Positions 5,503 to 13,603 of a stretch of 20,000 nt of DNA are shown here, one piece after another (positions within the stretch are counted from its first letter, which is position 1; each line of letters begins with the position of its first letter). The position numbers were made by a program, and so were the translations under genes. This DNA is from an uncultured virus (IMG/VR IMGVR_UViG_3300005436_000011). Taxonomy: Duplodnaviria > Heunggongvirae > Uroviricota > Caudoviricetes. Under the pieces are notes generated by a model. It searched no databases. It saw only the letters and a list, made by a program, of their open reading frames with translations, and had not been told where the DNA came from. Where the stretch lies: IMG/VR virus record IMGVR_UViG_3300005436_000011; one strand, written 5' to 3'.

Positions 5503-7680
5503 ATGACCACGATTCCCCACAAGGTGTTCCTTCCCGCGGTGGGTGCCCTGCTGACCCTCTCACTGGGCATCACCCTGATCCTGTCCGAACTACCGTCGTG
5601 GCTCACGGTTCTGATCACGATCGCCGCGACGGGCGTCACGGTTCTGATTTCGGAGCAGCTCGTGCTCAGCGCGTGGTGCCTCGCGGACCTGACCGTGGAC
5701 GGCAAGGGGATCGCGGTTCGTCTGGTGGCGCTCGCGGTGGTGAGCGACGGCTCGCTCGCGGTGTTTCTCGAGGTAGCGGGCCTGAGCGCGCTGCCTCTCG
5801 CCCTGCTCGGTCAGCTCGCGCTGGCCGTCTCTCAGGTCCTCGTGGCCGTGGTCGCTGACGCGTACCTGTTCCGGATGCGGCCCCGGCTGAGGCGCGTGGC
5901 CTGGGAGAGGCAGCAGCACGCCGCGAGGCAGCGACAGCAGCAAGTTGAGGTGAGGAAGGGTCGGGAGAGGGCCGACGCGCTCGTGAGGGCCGACCCCGCG
6001 ACGGTGACCACCACCGAGAGCCACGACGTTCGGATCATGCGAGAGGCCCTCAAGCGCGTCAAGCTCGACTGGGTTGAGATCCGGGGTGAGCCCACGCGCC
6101 TGAGCGATGACCGCGGGCTCTTCGGCATTCGCTTTGAGGTTCAAATCACCTCAACGGCGATGCTGAACAAGAACCAGCGCACGCTTTCCGTGGACAGCGC
6201 GGAGCCGATCGCGGTGGCTCTCTCGGAGCTCCTGAACCAGCGGCTGCACCGGAAGTGGGTGGCCATTCAGCGCCTCGAGCACGCCGGCGGCTACACGATC
6301 ACGGTGACCACGCAGGACGTCATGAAGCGGGTCTACCAGTTTCAGGACACGCTCGAGTGGGGGGACATCGAGGTTCCAGCTCGGGTGGGCTTTGGGTTGG
6401 ATGCGCGGCCCATTTACCTAAAGCTTCGGCAGCACGGCCAGTTCCTGGGAAAGACCCGAGCCGGCAAGTCCTCGCTGATCAACTGCACGATCGCCTACGG
6501 CACCCGCTGCCGCAACGTCGTGTATTGGATCTGCGGCGTGAAGAAGCTGTACGACATCCTCGCCGGCTGGCTCGAGATCTACCTCGACACCGAGTTCGAC
6601 ATGCCCTTCGACTGGGTCATGGCGGGCCCGGCGGACACCGCGGAGATGCTGGCCGCCCTGGAGCGCGTGTCGCGGTACCGCCAGTCCCTACGCAACCACG
6701 AGCGGCAGAACCTGCCGGACATCATCCTCGTCCTGGATGAGGCCAGCTACGCCCTGCGCGACACCTCGGTGACGGGCGAGGTGGACGGCCTCGACCTGAC
6801 CATGTCGGCCCTGTGCGGCATGATCACCCAGGGCGCGGGGTCGGCGAACTGCTGGCTGCACTACGCCACGCAGCGCGACACCAACGACCAGCTCGGCAGC
6901 GTCGGCGGCGACATCCAGGCGCAGGTCGGGTTCACGGCCATGTTCGGCACGCAGGACAACCTCTCGCTCGGTCGGCAGCTCGGTGACTTCAAGCTGCCGC
7001 CGCCCACCCACAAGGGCGAGTACTACCTGAAGAACGACGACGCGGAGGAGACCTACCCGGTCCTGGTGAAGTCGGAGTACATCCAGGAGGATGACCCCAG
7101 CAAGCCCGTCCTGCACGACGGGCTCAAGCTCAGCGAGGTGTCTTGGTCGCGGCGGAACTTCAAGACCCGCCTCGACGAGGGGTCGCAGCGCGCCGCCGGC
7201 GAGGTGTACCTGCGGCGGCCGACCCGGGTCACGGAGCGGTTCATCGACTACCTGCGAAACCCGCGGGGCGTCTCGATGCCCCTCAGCGGCCTCAGCTACG
7301 GGGCCGGGACGGCCACCGAGGTCGACCCGGACGAGGCCGCGAGGGACCTCGCGAGGCACCAGGGGCTCGACTTCGATGACCTGCCGCCGGCGCAGAGGGA
7401 GGCCTACCGGGAGGTCGCGCGGGAGCTCCACGAGGACGTTCCGGCGCCGTCGGACGAGCCCAGCGCGCCGGTCAGTGGCAACCTCACGGAGCAGGTCACG
7501 TGGGTCCTGCGCCGCGCCGGCCGCCCCCTGGCGATGCGGGACCTCCTCGACGCGATGCGGACCGCTGGGCTGGAGGTCCGCAGCGAGGGGTCGGTGCGCA
7601 ACCTGCTCGGGAAGCTCGTGGAGGACGGGGTCCTCACCCGAGGCGCGGACCGCCTCTACGAGCTTCCCGACGGTAACTGA
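5503..7680 (+). CDS. traB: TraB-like FtsK/SpoIIIE-family DNA translocase
   Basis: N-terminal TM helices, Walker A GKTRAGKS, Walker B ILVLDEAS, FtsK-type ATQR motif, C-terminal winged helix (LTEQVTWVLRRAGRPL...SVRNLLGKLVEDGVLTR...YEL). ATG 5503 follows RBS AGAGGA. Confidence 0.8.
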   Translation: MTTIPHKVFLPAVGALLTLSLGITLILSELPSWLTVLITIAATGVTVLISEQLVLSAWCLADLTVDGKGIAVRLVALAVVSDGSLAVFLEVAGLSALPLALLGQLALAVSQVLVAVVADAYLFRMRPRLRRVAWERQQHAARQRQQQVEVRKGRERADALVRADPATVTTTESHDVRIMREALKRVKLDWVEIRGEPTRLSDDRGLFGIRFEVQITSTAMLNKNQRTLSVDSAEPIAVALSELLNQRLHRKWVAIQRLEHAGGYTITVTTQDVMKRVYQFQDTLEWGDIEVPARVGFGLDARPIYLKLRQHGQFLGKTRAGKSSLINCTIAYGTRCRNVVYWICGVKKLYDILAGWLEIYLDTEFDMPFDWVMAGPADTAEMLAALERVSRYRQSLRNHERQNLPDIILVLDEASYALRDTSVTGEVDGLDLTMSALCGMITQGAGSANCWLHYATQRDTNDQLGSVGGDIQAQVGFTAMFGTQDNLSLGRQLGDFKLPPPTHKGEYYLKNDDAEETYPVLVKSEYIQEDDPSKPVLHDGLKLSEVSWSRRNFKTRLDEGSQRAAGEVYLRRPTRVTERFIDYLRNPRGVSMPLSGLSYGAGTATEVDPDEAARDLARHQGLDFDDLPPAQREAYREVARELHEDVPAPSDEPSAPVSGNLTEQVTWVLRRAGRPLAMRDLLDAMRTAGLEVRSEGSVRNLLGKLVEDGVLTRGADRLYELPDGN

Positions 7681-7688
7681 GAGCACAC

Positions 7689-7783
7689 GGTGCATGTGTC
7701 ATATGCACCCGACAGGTACCCCCTGACCGGGGCATGCAGGGGGCTCAGGGGGTGCGTGTCATATGTCATATGACACATGACAG
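7689..7783. repeat. Nested inverted-repeat cluster of TGTCATATG boxes downstream of traB (candidate clt/operator)
   Basis: 13-bp perfect IR CATGTGTCATATG (7693-7705) / CATATGACACATG (7767-7779). Perfect palindrome GTGTCATATG-T-CATATGACAC (7756-7776). Inner stem GTACCCCCTGA / TCAGGGGGTGC (7716-7755). Confidence 0.8.
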
Positions 7784-7823
7784 CTACCGAGAGTAACATC
7801 ACACCGAGCTAGGGAGACCAACC

Positions 7824-8582
7824 GTGTGCCTCGGGCGCACCCACGTTCTCGGCGGCGTCGCGGGCGGCTTCGCCGTCGCCGACGCCTACTCCGCCCTCGT
7901 GCGGCAGCTGCCGCTGACGGTGAGCCTCGCCTGCGCCGCCGTGGCTGGCGGGGCGGCCCTGCTCAACGACCTCGACACGCCCTCATCCACCGCGTCCCAC
8001 TCCCTGGGGCGGCTCAGCCAGGGGGCGGCGCGGGGTGTCCAGTGGCTGGCTCAGGTCGCGTTTGAGGCGACCGCGACGCCGGCCGACGCGCGGTACGGGT
8101 CACCGGTCCACCGAAGCCTCACCCACACCGGGGTCGCGGCCGTCGCGGTGGGAGCCGGCACGTGGCAGCTCGCGCGGCTGGGCTGGGGCGTGACGCTGGC
8201 CGTGACCCTGCTGACGACGTTCCTCGCCCTTCGGGCGCTGACGAGTCAGCGGGGCGTGGGGTCGGTGGCCGCGACGCTTCTCGGCGGCGGCGCGATCACC
8301 CTCGCGGCGCCGACCCCGGTCATCGTGGGGCTCGCGGTCACCGCGGGGCTGCTGAGCCACGACGTTCTCGACGGCTGCACGACGATGGGGGTGCCGTTCT
8401 GGTGGCCCCTGCGGATCCGCGGGATGCGGTGGCGGCGGGTCGGCCTGCCGCGCTTCCTGCGCTTTCACACCGGCGCGAGAGCGGAGGCGTGGTTCACGAT
8501 ACTGGTGAGCGCGGCTGGCGTCGCTCTGCTGCCGCCGGTTCTCGCGGTTACGGTGAGCTTGGCGCACGTCTACCTACGGTAA
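7824..8582 (+). CDS. Membrane-bound metal-dependent hydrolase (YdjM-like)
   Basis: Motifs GRTH, LLNDLDTPSS, HRSLTHT, SHDVLDGCT..GVPFWWP with multiple TM helices. RBS GGGAG. Confidence 0.85.
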   Translation: MCLGRTHVLGGVAGGFAVADAYSALVRQLPLTVSLACAAVAGGAALLNDLDTPSSTASHSLGRLSQGAARGVQWLAQVAFEATATPADARYGSPVHRSLTHTGVAAVAVGAGTWQLARLGWGVTLAVTLLTTFLALRALTSQRGVGSVAATLLGGGAITLAAPTPVIVGLAVTAGLLSHDVLDGCTTMGVPFWWPLRIRGMRWRRVGLPRFLRFHTGARAEAWFTILVSAAGVALLPPVLAVTVSLAHVYLR

Positions 8583-8641
8583 ACGAGCTGAGGTATGCTG
8601 CGAGCTGAGAGCTGAGCCCGCCGAGCGAGGAGCTGAGAGCC

Positions 8642-8836
8642 GTGCCTCACAAGCGAGCCAAGGAGATCAAGGTGGATGACATCGTGTGGGGATCCGCCGG
8701 CTGGTGGCGCGTGACCAAGATCTACCAGAACTTCGGTGGCCGACCCGGCGAGTACGCCTTCGACACCGAACACCTCGAGACGAAGGCCGTGGGGTCGATG
8801 GTGGGACCAGCCATGATGCGACTGCTAGTCAAGTGA
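8642..8836 (+). CDS. Small hypothetical protein (SH3-like)
   Basis: RBS GAGGAG; putative -10 TATGCT at 8594-8599. Confidence 0.7.
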   Translation: MPHKRAKEIKVDDIVWGSAGWWRVTKIYQNFGGRPGEYAFDTEHLETKAVGSMVGPAMMRLLVK

Positions 8837-8848
8837 CCGAGCCAGCTG

Positions 8849-8877
8849 TTTACATCTGAGGTCGAGGGTGATAGGGT
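8849..8877 (+). promoter_or_regulatory. Sigma70/HrdB-type promoter TTTACA-N17-TAGGGT
   Basis: -35 at 8849-8854, 17-bp spacer, TG extension, -10 at 8872-8877. One of four conserved copies. Confidence 0.8.
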
Positions 8878-8922
8878 AGTCTCAGCGGCCAAGGGAACCG
8901 GCCTCAGGAGGAAGAGCGGAAC

Positions 8923-9210
8923 GTGACCGAGGAACGGCTCGAGTTCAAGCGAATGACCGGCGGCTACGTCGCCGAGAACCACCACCGGCACTACTCGATC
9001 TACAGCGGGTGGGGCTACCGCCCGGACCTCAAGGCTGAGGGGTTCATCTGGACCCTCGAGGTTCGAGAGAAGACCGAGACGCTGGGCCGGCGAAACGTCG
9101 TCGGGCAGCCGGTGATCTATCGGGTTGAGCGGCACACCCGAGGCGAGCTTCTAGAGCTGGCGCAGCTCTTCGAGGTGTCCATCCTCGAGGCGCTGCGAAG
9201 CCGGACCTGA
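8923..9210 (+). CDS. Hypothetical protein
   Basis: RBS AGGAGG, directly downstream of promoter. Confidence 0.75.
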   Translation: MTEERLEFKRMTGGYVAENHHRHYSIYSGWGYRPDLKAEGFIWTLEVREKTETLGRRNVVGQPVIYRVERHTRGELLELAQLFEVSILEALRSRT

Positions 9211-9246
9211 CGGTTCACGAGGAACGACGAGAGAAAGAGGCAACGA

Positions 9247-9585
9247 ATGAGCTGGCTCGGAGACAAGGCGAGCGAGAAGCTGGACCGCGCGCAGCCGAAG
9301 TCGCTTCTGGGCAAGGCCGCGGTCGCCACGGCGAAGGGGGTCCGCGCCGTGGACCGGCGCACCGGCGGTGACCCGCACAACAAGACGGGTGGCGACCCGA
9401 CGAAGTGCCACATGCGGGCGCGCCGCAAGGGCAAGGAGTGCAACGCCGATCTGAAGACCCGCCGGCAGATGGAGCAGGGCCACTGCGGCCACCACATCTG
9501 CGCCAAGGAGCACATCGCCTACACGTCTCACCCCGACTACGACGACCGCTTCGACACCACGCACCGCCACGTGAAGCGCTGGTGA
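9247..9585 (+). CDS. Hypothetical basic protein with Cys/His cluster
   Basis: RBS AGAGG; C-x10-C...C-x4-C plus several His residues. Confidence 0.75.
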   Translation: MSWLGDKASEKLDRAQPKSLLGKAAVATAKGVRAVDRRTGGDPHNKTGGDPTKCHMRARRKGKECNADLKTRRQMEQGHCGHHICAKEHIAYTSHPDYDDRFDTTHRHVKRW

Positions 9586-9589
9586 CGCG

Positions 9590-9631
9590 AGCTGAGGCGC
9601 GGCTGGTGAGGGTGCCGGCCGCGCCTCAGCT
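9590..9631 (+). terminator. Terminator-like hairpin abutting next promoter
   Basis: 17-bp stem AGCTGAGGCGCGGCTGG / CCGGCCGCGCCTCAGCT (one G-U pair), followed by GTTT. Confidence 0.75.
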
Positions 9632-9632
9632 G

Positions 9633-9661
9633 TTTACAAATCAGCTCGGGTGAGGTACGGT
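9633..9661 (+). promoter_or_regulatory. Promoter TTTACA-N17-TACGGT
   Basis: -35 at 9633-9638, -10 at 9656-9661. Confidence 0.8.
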
Positions 9662-9690
9662 AGGCTCAGGAACGAGGAACGGAGGACCTG

Positions 9691-9915
9691 ATGGATCAGA
9701 TCGAGACGATCGAGGTCATCACACCGCGCTGCAGCGAGTGCCATCGAGTGAGCCGCCTGCGGGTGCCGCGGCCGGGCTACGAGCTCTGGCGAGCAGGCGC
9801 CCACATCCAGGACGCGCTGTCAACCTTGACGGCGCAAGAGCGCGAAATGTTGATGACCGGCATCCACCCGGACTGCTGGGATCAGCTGATGGCTGCGATC
9901 GAGGGTGAGGCGTGA
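9691..9915 (+). CDS. Conserved phage-type small Zn-binding protein
   Basis: CxxC ... W..G..IQDA...L...EREML.TGIHPDCWD pattern typical of phage hypothetical proteins. RBS GGAGG. Confidence 0.8.
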   Translation: MDQIETIEVITPRCSECHRVSRLRVPRPGYELWRAGAHIQDALSTLTAQEREMLMTGIHPDCWDQLMAAIEGEA

Positions 9916-10277
9916 TGGGAACCAACTACTACGCGTGCACGGATGACACGCCGGGCATCGAGGACGGTCTGCACATCGGCAAGTCCTCAGGTGGCTGGGA
10001 CTTTCTGTGGCGCGGCCACGAGCGCCTCAACCTGATCACCCGTGAGCTGTGGGAGGGCTACCTCAGGCAGCCGAGGGTCACCATCGTGGCGGAGCACGGC
10101 GTCACGTACACGCTCGACGAGTTCCTCAAGGTGATCGTGGACGAGAAGCCGTCGGTCGTCATCCGACACGCCAACTACTGGCTGCGTCACAGCCGCGACT
10201 CGCTCGAGAACTCACTGAACGTCACGTGTTGGGTCGACGAGGCCGGCAACCCCTTCTGCGGCGTGGAGTTCTGCTGA
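9915..10277 (+). CDS. Conserved phage hypothetical protein
   Basis: MGTNYY...LHIGKSSGGWDFL...I.AEHG..YT.DEF...D..G..F...EF pattern. TGATG coupling. Confidence 0.8.
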   Translation: MGTNYYACTDDTPGIEDGLHIGKSSGGWDFLWRGHERLNLITRELWEGYLRQPRVTIVAEHGVTYTLDEFLKVIVDEKPSVVIRHANYWLRHSRDSLENSLNVTCWVDEAGNPFCGVEFC

Positions 10278-10438
10278 TGTGGGGCGTGGCGTGGGTCGTG
10301 GTCCGCCGAGCGAACGGTCGGTTCGTTCGGCGGGTCCGGGCGAGGTCGAGCTACCACGCGAAGCAACTGAAGAAGACGCTCGAGGAGACCTACGACCACA
10401 CCTACGGCGTGTCGATCGAGCGAGGTGAGCCGCGGTGA
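10277..10438 (+). CDS. Small hypothetical protein (MWGVAW...)
   Basis: TGATG coupling at 10277 and GTGA overlap at end. Confidence 0.6.
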   Translation: MWGVAWVVVRRANGRFVRRVRARSSYHAKQLKKTLEETYDHTYGVSIERGEPR

Positions 10439-10626
10439 CGCTGACCGACCGGGAGTTCTTCGAGCGGTTCGAGCCGTTCATCGACTCCCTGACCGCGGTG
10501 ACCCGGACGGAGGTCACCGAGCTGATGAGGCGACTCGGGGATGACCCCAGGGACGCCGTGACGCGTCAGCTGCGGATCGAGCAGCTGCTCAACGCCGTCA
10601 GGGGAAACCTACGGAGGTGCCCGTGA
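10435..10626 (+). CDS. Small hypothetical protein
   Basis: GTGA overlaps at both ends, RBS GAGGTG. Confidence 0.65.
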   Translation: MTLTDREFFERFEPFIDSLTAVTRTEVTELMRRLGDDPRDAVTRQLRIEQLLNAVRGNLRRCP

Positions 10627-10826
10627 CCGACCTAGCCCTCAGCGTGCTGCAGATCGTGGGGGTGATCGCGGTCGCGTGGATTGCCCTGATCGCGTTCGTG
10701 GGAGTCGTGATCGTTCTCGTCTTGATGGCGTTGAACTGGCGCGACCGCCGCTTCTGGCGGCGAGAGCGGCGTCGCCGCATGGAGCTCCGCGCCGAGGCTC
10801 AGCGCCGCCGCGAGGCCAACCGGTGA
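10623..10826 (+). CDS. Small membrane protein with Arg-rich tail
   Basis: RBS GGAGG; ~35-aa hydrophobic stretch then poly-Arg. Confidence 0.7.
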   Translation: MTDLALSVLQIVGVIAVAWIALIAFVGVVIVLVLMALNWRDRRFWRRERRRRMELRAEAQRRREANR

Positions 10827-11038
10827 CCCACGAGAACCCCGAGCTCCGCCGCGGCCTGAACCGGGCCGCGGCGGAGTTTCTGCGCGAGATGGCCAACCTC
10901 GTGGAGGCCAACGACGCGTACAACTTGAGCTGGGAGCGCCGGACCGAGTTCCCGTGGCTGGTAACCGGGCAGCGAGCGAGCGATGAGCCGCTCAGCGAGA
11001 CCTGGGTCATTCAGATCGACGTGCGACGAGAGACGTGA
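10823..11038 (+). CDS. Small hypothetical protein
   Basis: GTGA overlap; RBS GAGG. Confidence 0.65.
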   Translation: MTHENPELRRGLNRAAAEFLREMANLVEANDAYNLSWERRTEFPWLVTGQRASDEPLSETWVIQIDVRRET

Positions 11039-11048
11039 GGACCAACCT

Positions 11049-12188
11049 GTGCGGATTCTGATCCTGGGCGGTGACGGCTACCTCGGGTGGCCCACCGCCC
11101 TTCACCTGTCCGACGCCGGCCACGAGGTGGGGATCGTGGACGACCTCAGCCGCCGGCGCATCGACCGGGAGCTCGGCACCGAGAGTCTCGTGCCGATCCA
11201 GGGCATCAACGCTCGCCACGACGCGTGGTACGACGTGAGCGGCCACGAGCTGCGTTGGTTCAACGCCGCAGTTGACACCGGTGGGGAGCTCGTATACGAG
11301 CTGCAGGAGTTCCAGCCCGACGCGGTGATTCACCTCGCCGAGCAGCGCTCCGCGCCCTACTCCATGCTGGACAGCTGGCACGCGGCGTACACGCAGCGCC
11401 GGAACGTGATCGGCACCCTCAACTTGATCCACGCCGTGGCGGAGGTCAACCCGGACATCCACATCGTGAAGCTCGGCTCCCTCGGCGAGTACGGCACCCC
11501 GAACCTCGACATCGAGGAGGGGTGGCTCAACGTGGAGCACAACGGTCGCCGCGACCGCGTGCTGTACCCGAAGCGGCCCGGCTCGTGGTACCACCTGTCG
11601 AAGGTGCACGACTCCAACAACCTGGAGTTCGCGTGCCGAACGTGGGGGTTGCGGGTCACGGATCTGAACCAGGGGATCGTCTACGGCACTCACACCGAGC
11701 AGACCCTGCGGGATCCCGCGCTCGAGACGCGGTACGACTACGACGAGTTCTTCGGCACGGCTCTGAACCGGTTCGCGGTGCAGGCCGCGCTCGGTGAGCC
11801 TCTCACCGTGTATGGGGACGGCACGCAGGTCCGCGGGTTCATCGACCTCCGCGACTCGGTGCGCTGCCTCGAGCTGGCGTGCCTGCACCCCGCCGGGCGG
11901 GGCGAGTTCCGGGTCTTCAACCAGCTCACCGAGACGTTCTCGATCCTGGAGATCGCGCAGCACGTCGCCGCGGTGACCGGGGCGACGGTGCGACACCTCC
12001 CGAACCCCCGCGTGGAGGAGCAGAGCCACCGCTACCGCGTGACGCGGACGGGGCTCAAGGAGCTCGGCCTCGAGCCTCACCTCCTGAACGCGCTGGTGAT
12101 CAACGTGCTCGTGGAGCGAGCCAAGCGCCACCTCAGCCGGGTCAACCCGGACGTGATCCAACCGACCGTGAGCTGGCACCGGCAATAG
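11049..12188 (+). CDS. sqdB: UDP-sulfoquinovose synthase (SqdB/SQD1/Agl3 family SDR)
   Basis: GGDGYLGWPTALHLS, AEQRSAPYSM, NVIGTLN, KLGSLGEYGTPNLDIEEG, YHLSKVHDS (YxxxK), TDLNQGIVYG, FGTALNRF.VQAA.G.PLTVYG, GEFRVFNQ.TE.FS, NPRVE: all SqdB signatures. GTG start after GAGG. Confidence 0.92.
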   Translation: MRILILGGDGYLGWPTALHLSDAGHEVGIVDDLSRRRIDRELGTESLVPIQGINARHDAWYDVSGHELRWFNAAVDTGGELVYELQEFQPDAVIHLAEQRSAPYSMLDSWHAAYTQRRNVIGTLNLIHAVAEVNPDIHIVKLGSLGEYGTPNLDIEEGWLNVEHNGRRDRVLYPKRPGSWYHLSKVHDSNNLEFACRTWGLRVTDLNQGIVYGTHTEQTLRDPALETRYDYDEFFGTALNRFAVQAALGEPLTVYGDGTQVRGFIDLRDSVRCLELACLHPAGRGEFRVFNQLTETFSILEIAQHVAAVTGATVRHLPNPRVEEQSHRYRVTRTGLKELGLEPHLLNALVINVLVERAKRHLSRVNPDVIQPTVSWHRQ

Positions 12189-12190
12189 GG

Positions 12191-12219
12191 TTTACATCCG
12201 ACGGCTGACGTGATATTGT
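12191..12219 (+). promoter_or_regulatory. Promoter TTTACA-N17-TATTGT
   Basis: -35 at 12191-12196, TG extension, -10 at 12214-12219. Confidence 0.82.
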
Positions 12220-12247
12220 TCTATCAGGAACAGCGGAAGGAGGAACC

Positions 12248-12448
12248 GTGAGCTACAGGGTAAACGACGTGGTGCCGCTCCCGCGGCGGCTCTCCCCGGA
12301 CAAGCCGACCTGCGGCATCGTGCGCTACGTCAGCGTCGGCAGACGCGCACGCTTCGCCTACGTGGAGGTCGCCGGCCGGCAGGAGCTTCTCAGCTTCGAG
12401 GAGCTCGACGCCGCCGAGGACGCCCACCGGCGCGAGTTGGGCGTGTGA
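12248..12448 (+). CDS. Small hypothetical protein (KOW/SH3-like)
   Basis: RBS AAGGAGG downstream of promoter. Confidence 0.75.
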   Translation: MSYRVNDVVPLPRRLSPDKPTCGIVRYVSVGRRARFAYVEVAGRQELLSFEELDAAEDAHRRELGV

Positions 12449-12642
12449 TGATCGAGCTGACGCCACCGAACGGGTGCCGGCACTGCGGCATCGAGCGGGA
12501 CAGGCACATGAGCCTGTGGACCAAGGAGGCGGGGTGGCACACGTGGATGGAGCCGAGCGACCGGATGCGCAAGGAGCGGATGATCGCCCGTTGGGCGGTG
12601 CGGACGGGAACGCCGTGGCGACGCTGGGGTCGGACGAGCTGA
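12448..12642 (+). CDS. Small actinobacterial prophage-type Cys/His protein
   Basis: PNGCRHCGI....H...W....GWH.W..PSD...KERM.AR pattern. TGATG coupling. Confidence 0.7.
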   Translation: MIELTPPNGCRHCGIERDRHMSLWTKEAGWHTWMEPSDRMRKERMIARWAVRTGTPWRRWGRTS

Positions 12643-13097
12643 CGCTTCTCGAGCGAACGAACCGCGACGTGGCGATCGACGTCATCGAGCGGTTCATCCG
12701 GAACGAGACCGGCGTCTACGCGGACGCGCCGGGTGTCCTGCTGGCGGCGGTTCGCGAGCAGGCGACCGAGCTCACGCGACGGCTCGCGGCGGCGAACCTG
12801 CTGCGGCTGTCGTCAACCAGCGCGTCGCGATTGAGTGAGCTGTCTCTCAAGGATGCCCTGCGCCGTGCCGCCCTGGAGCAGTGCGCCAAGGGATGGGGCT
12901 TCGAGAGCTGGCGAGCCTACGCCGGCGAGGACCTCGAAAGCGGCGCCGCGAGCTCCCGGGTTGTGTTCGACATCGTCACGACCGCGGTTCGCGGCCTGCT
13001 GCCCCTCGTGAAGGAGCAGCTCGGGATCCTCGAGACCGAGAACGATGACCTGCGCGGCGAGCTCGACGACGCTCGGCGCGCGCTGAACCAGGTGTGA
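12615..13097 (+). CDS. Hypothetical helical protein with C-terminal coiled coil
   Basis: Probable start GTG 12615 (ORF is open from 12474); C-terminal heptads. Confidence 0.65.
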   Translation: MATLGSDELTLLERTNRDVAIDVIERFIRNETGVYADAPGVLLAAVREQATELTRRLAAANLLRLSSTSASRLSELSLKDALRRAALEQCAKGWGFESWRAYAGEDLESGAASSRVVFDIVTTAVRGLLPLVKEQLGILETENDDLRGELDDARRALNQV

Positions 13098-13124
13098 CAG
13101 GCAGAAAACGAGAGGAGATCGACG

Positions 13125-13367
13125 ATGCCGATCTTTGGGCGTGGGTCGCGGCAGACTGGGCCGCAGCCGACGAGCATGAACCGCAGCGACAAGGGCGTGG
13201 ACCCGGTCTACCGCAAGCCGACGGACCGTGAGGTCAGGGACTACGCGAAGCGGCTGCAGGCGAACGACCGGTCGCTGAGCTGGCCGAAGGCGCTGGATCT
13301 CGCGCGAGAGCACGTGATGGAGCACCTCGAGGCTCACCTCAAGAACGTTGACGGCAAGAAGTGGTGA
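13125..13367 (+). CDS. Hypothetical protein
   Basis: RBS GAGGAG, ATG. Confidence 0.75.
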   Translation: MPIFGRGSRQTGPQPTSMNRSDKGVDPVYRKPTDREVRDYAKRLQANDRSLSWPKALDLAREHVMEHLEAHLKNVDGKKW

Positions 13368-13603
13368 ACCAAGGGGAGGAGACGCGGCAGCCACCGCTGC
13401 TGTGGTGGTCACCGAGCCTGGGGCTCGTGACCCTCGAGGATGGCGTCTGGTGGCGCTGCGAGAGCGGCCGCGTGTCCCTGCGCCACGACGGCCTGCCCAA
13501 CGAGCTGCCCACCGACGCGGTGTTCCTCGCGCCGGTGAGCCGCGACCGGGGACGGCTCGTCGTCCTCGTCGACCACGTGGAGGTGAGCGGTGATCAAGCG
13601 TGA
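13364..13603 (+). CDS. Hypothetical protein
   Basis: GTGA overlap; ELPTDAVFL motif resembles actinobacterial prophage small proteins. Confidence 0.6.
   Translation: MNQGEETRQPPLLWWSPSLGLVTLEDGVWWRCESGRVSLRHDGLPNELPTDAVFLAPVSRDRGRLVVLVDHVEVSGDQA

Noticed and set aside
5503..7680. ATPase as type VII secretion EccC or a phage packaging terminase
   Set aside because: Single ATPase domain with N-terminal TMs and a C-terminal wHTH. It has neither the three ATPase domains of EccC nor a terminase nuclease domain.
7689..7800. tRNA or structured ncRNA in this and other intergenic gaps
   Set aside because: No cloverleaf, T-loop (GTTCGA in a stem) or CCA end can be built; only simple inverted repeats.
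11007..12185. Long minus-strand ORFs (also 30-611, 1867-2940, 4397-5443, 6688-7695, 12813-14228, 15402-16463)
   Set aside because: Antisense shadows of + strand genes in high-GC DNA, with no recognisable motifs or RBS.
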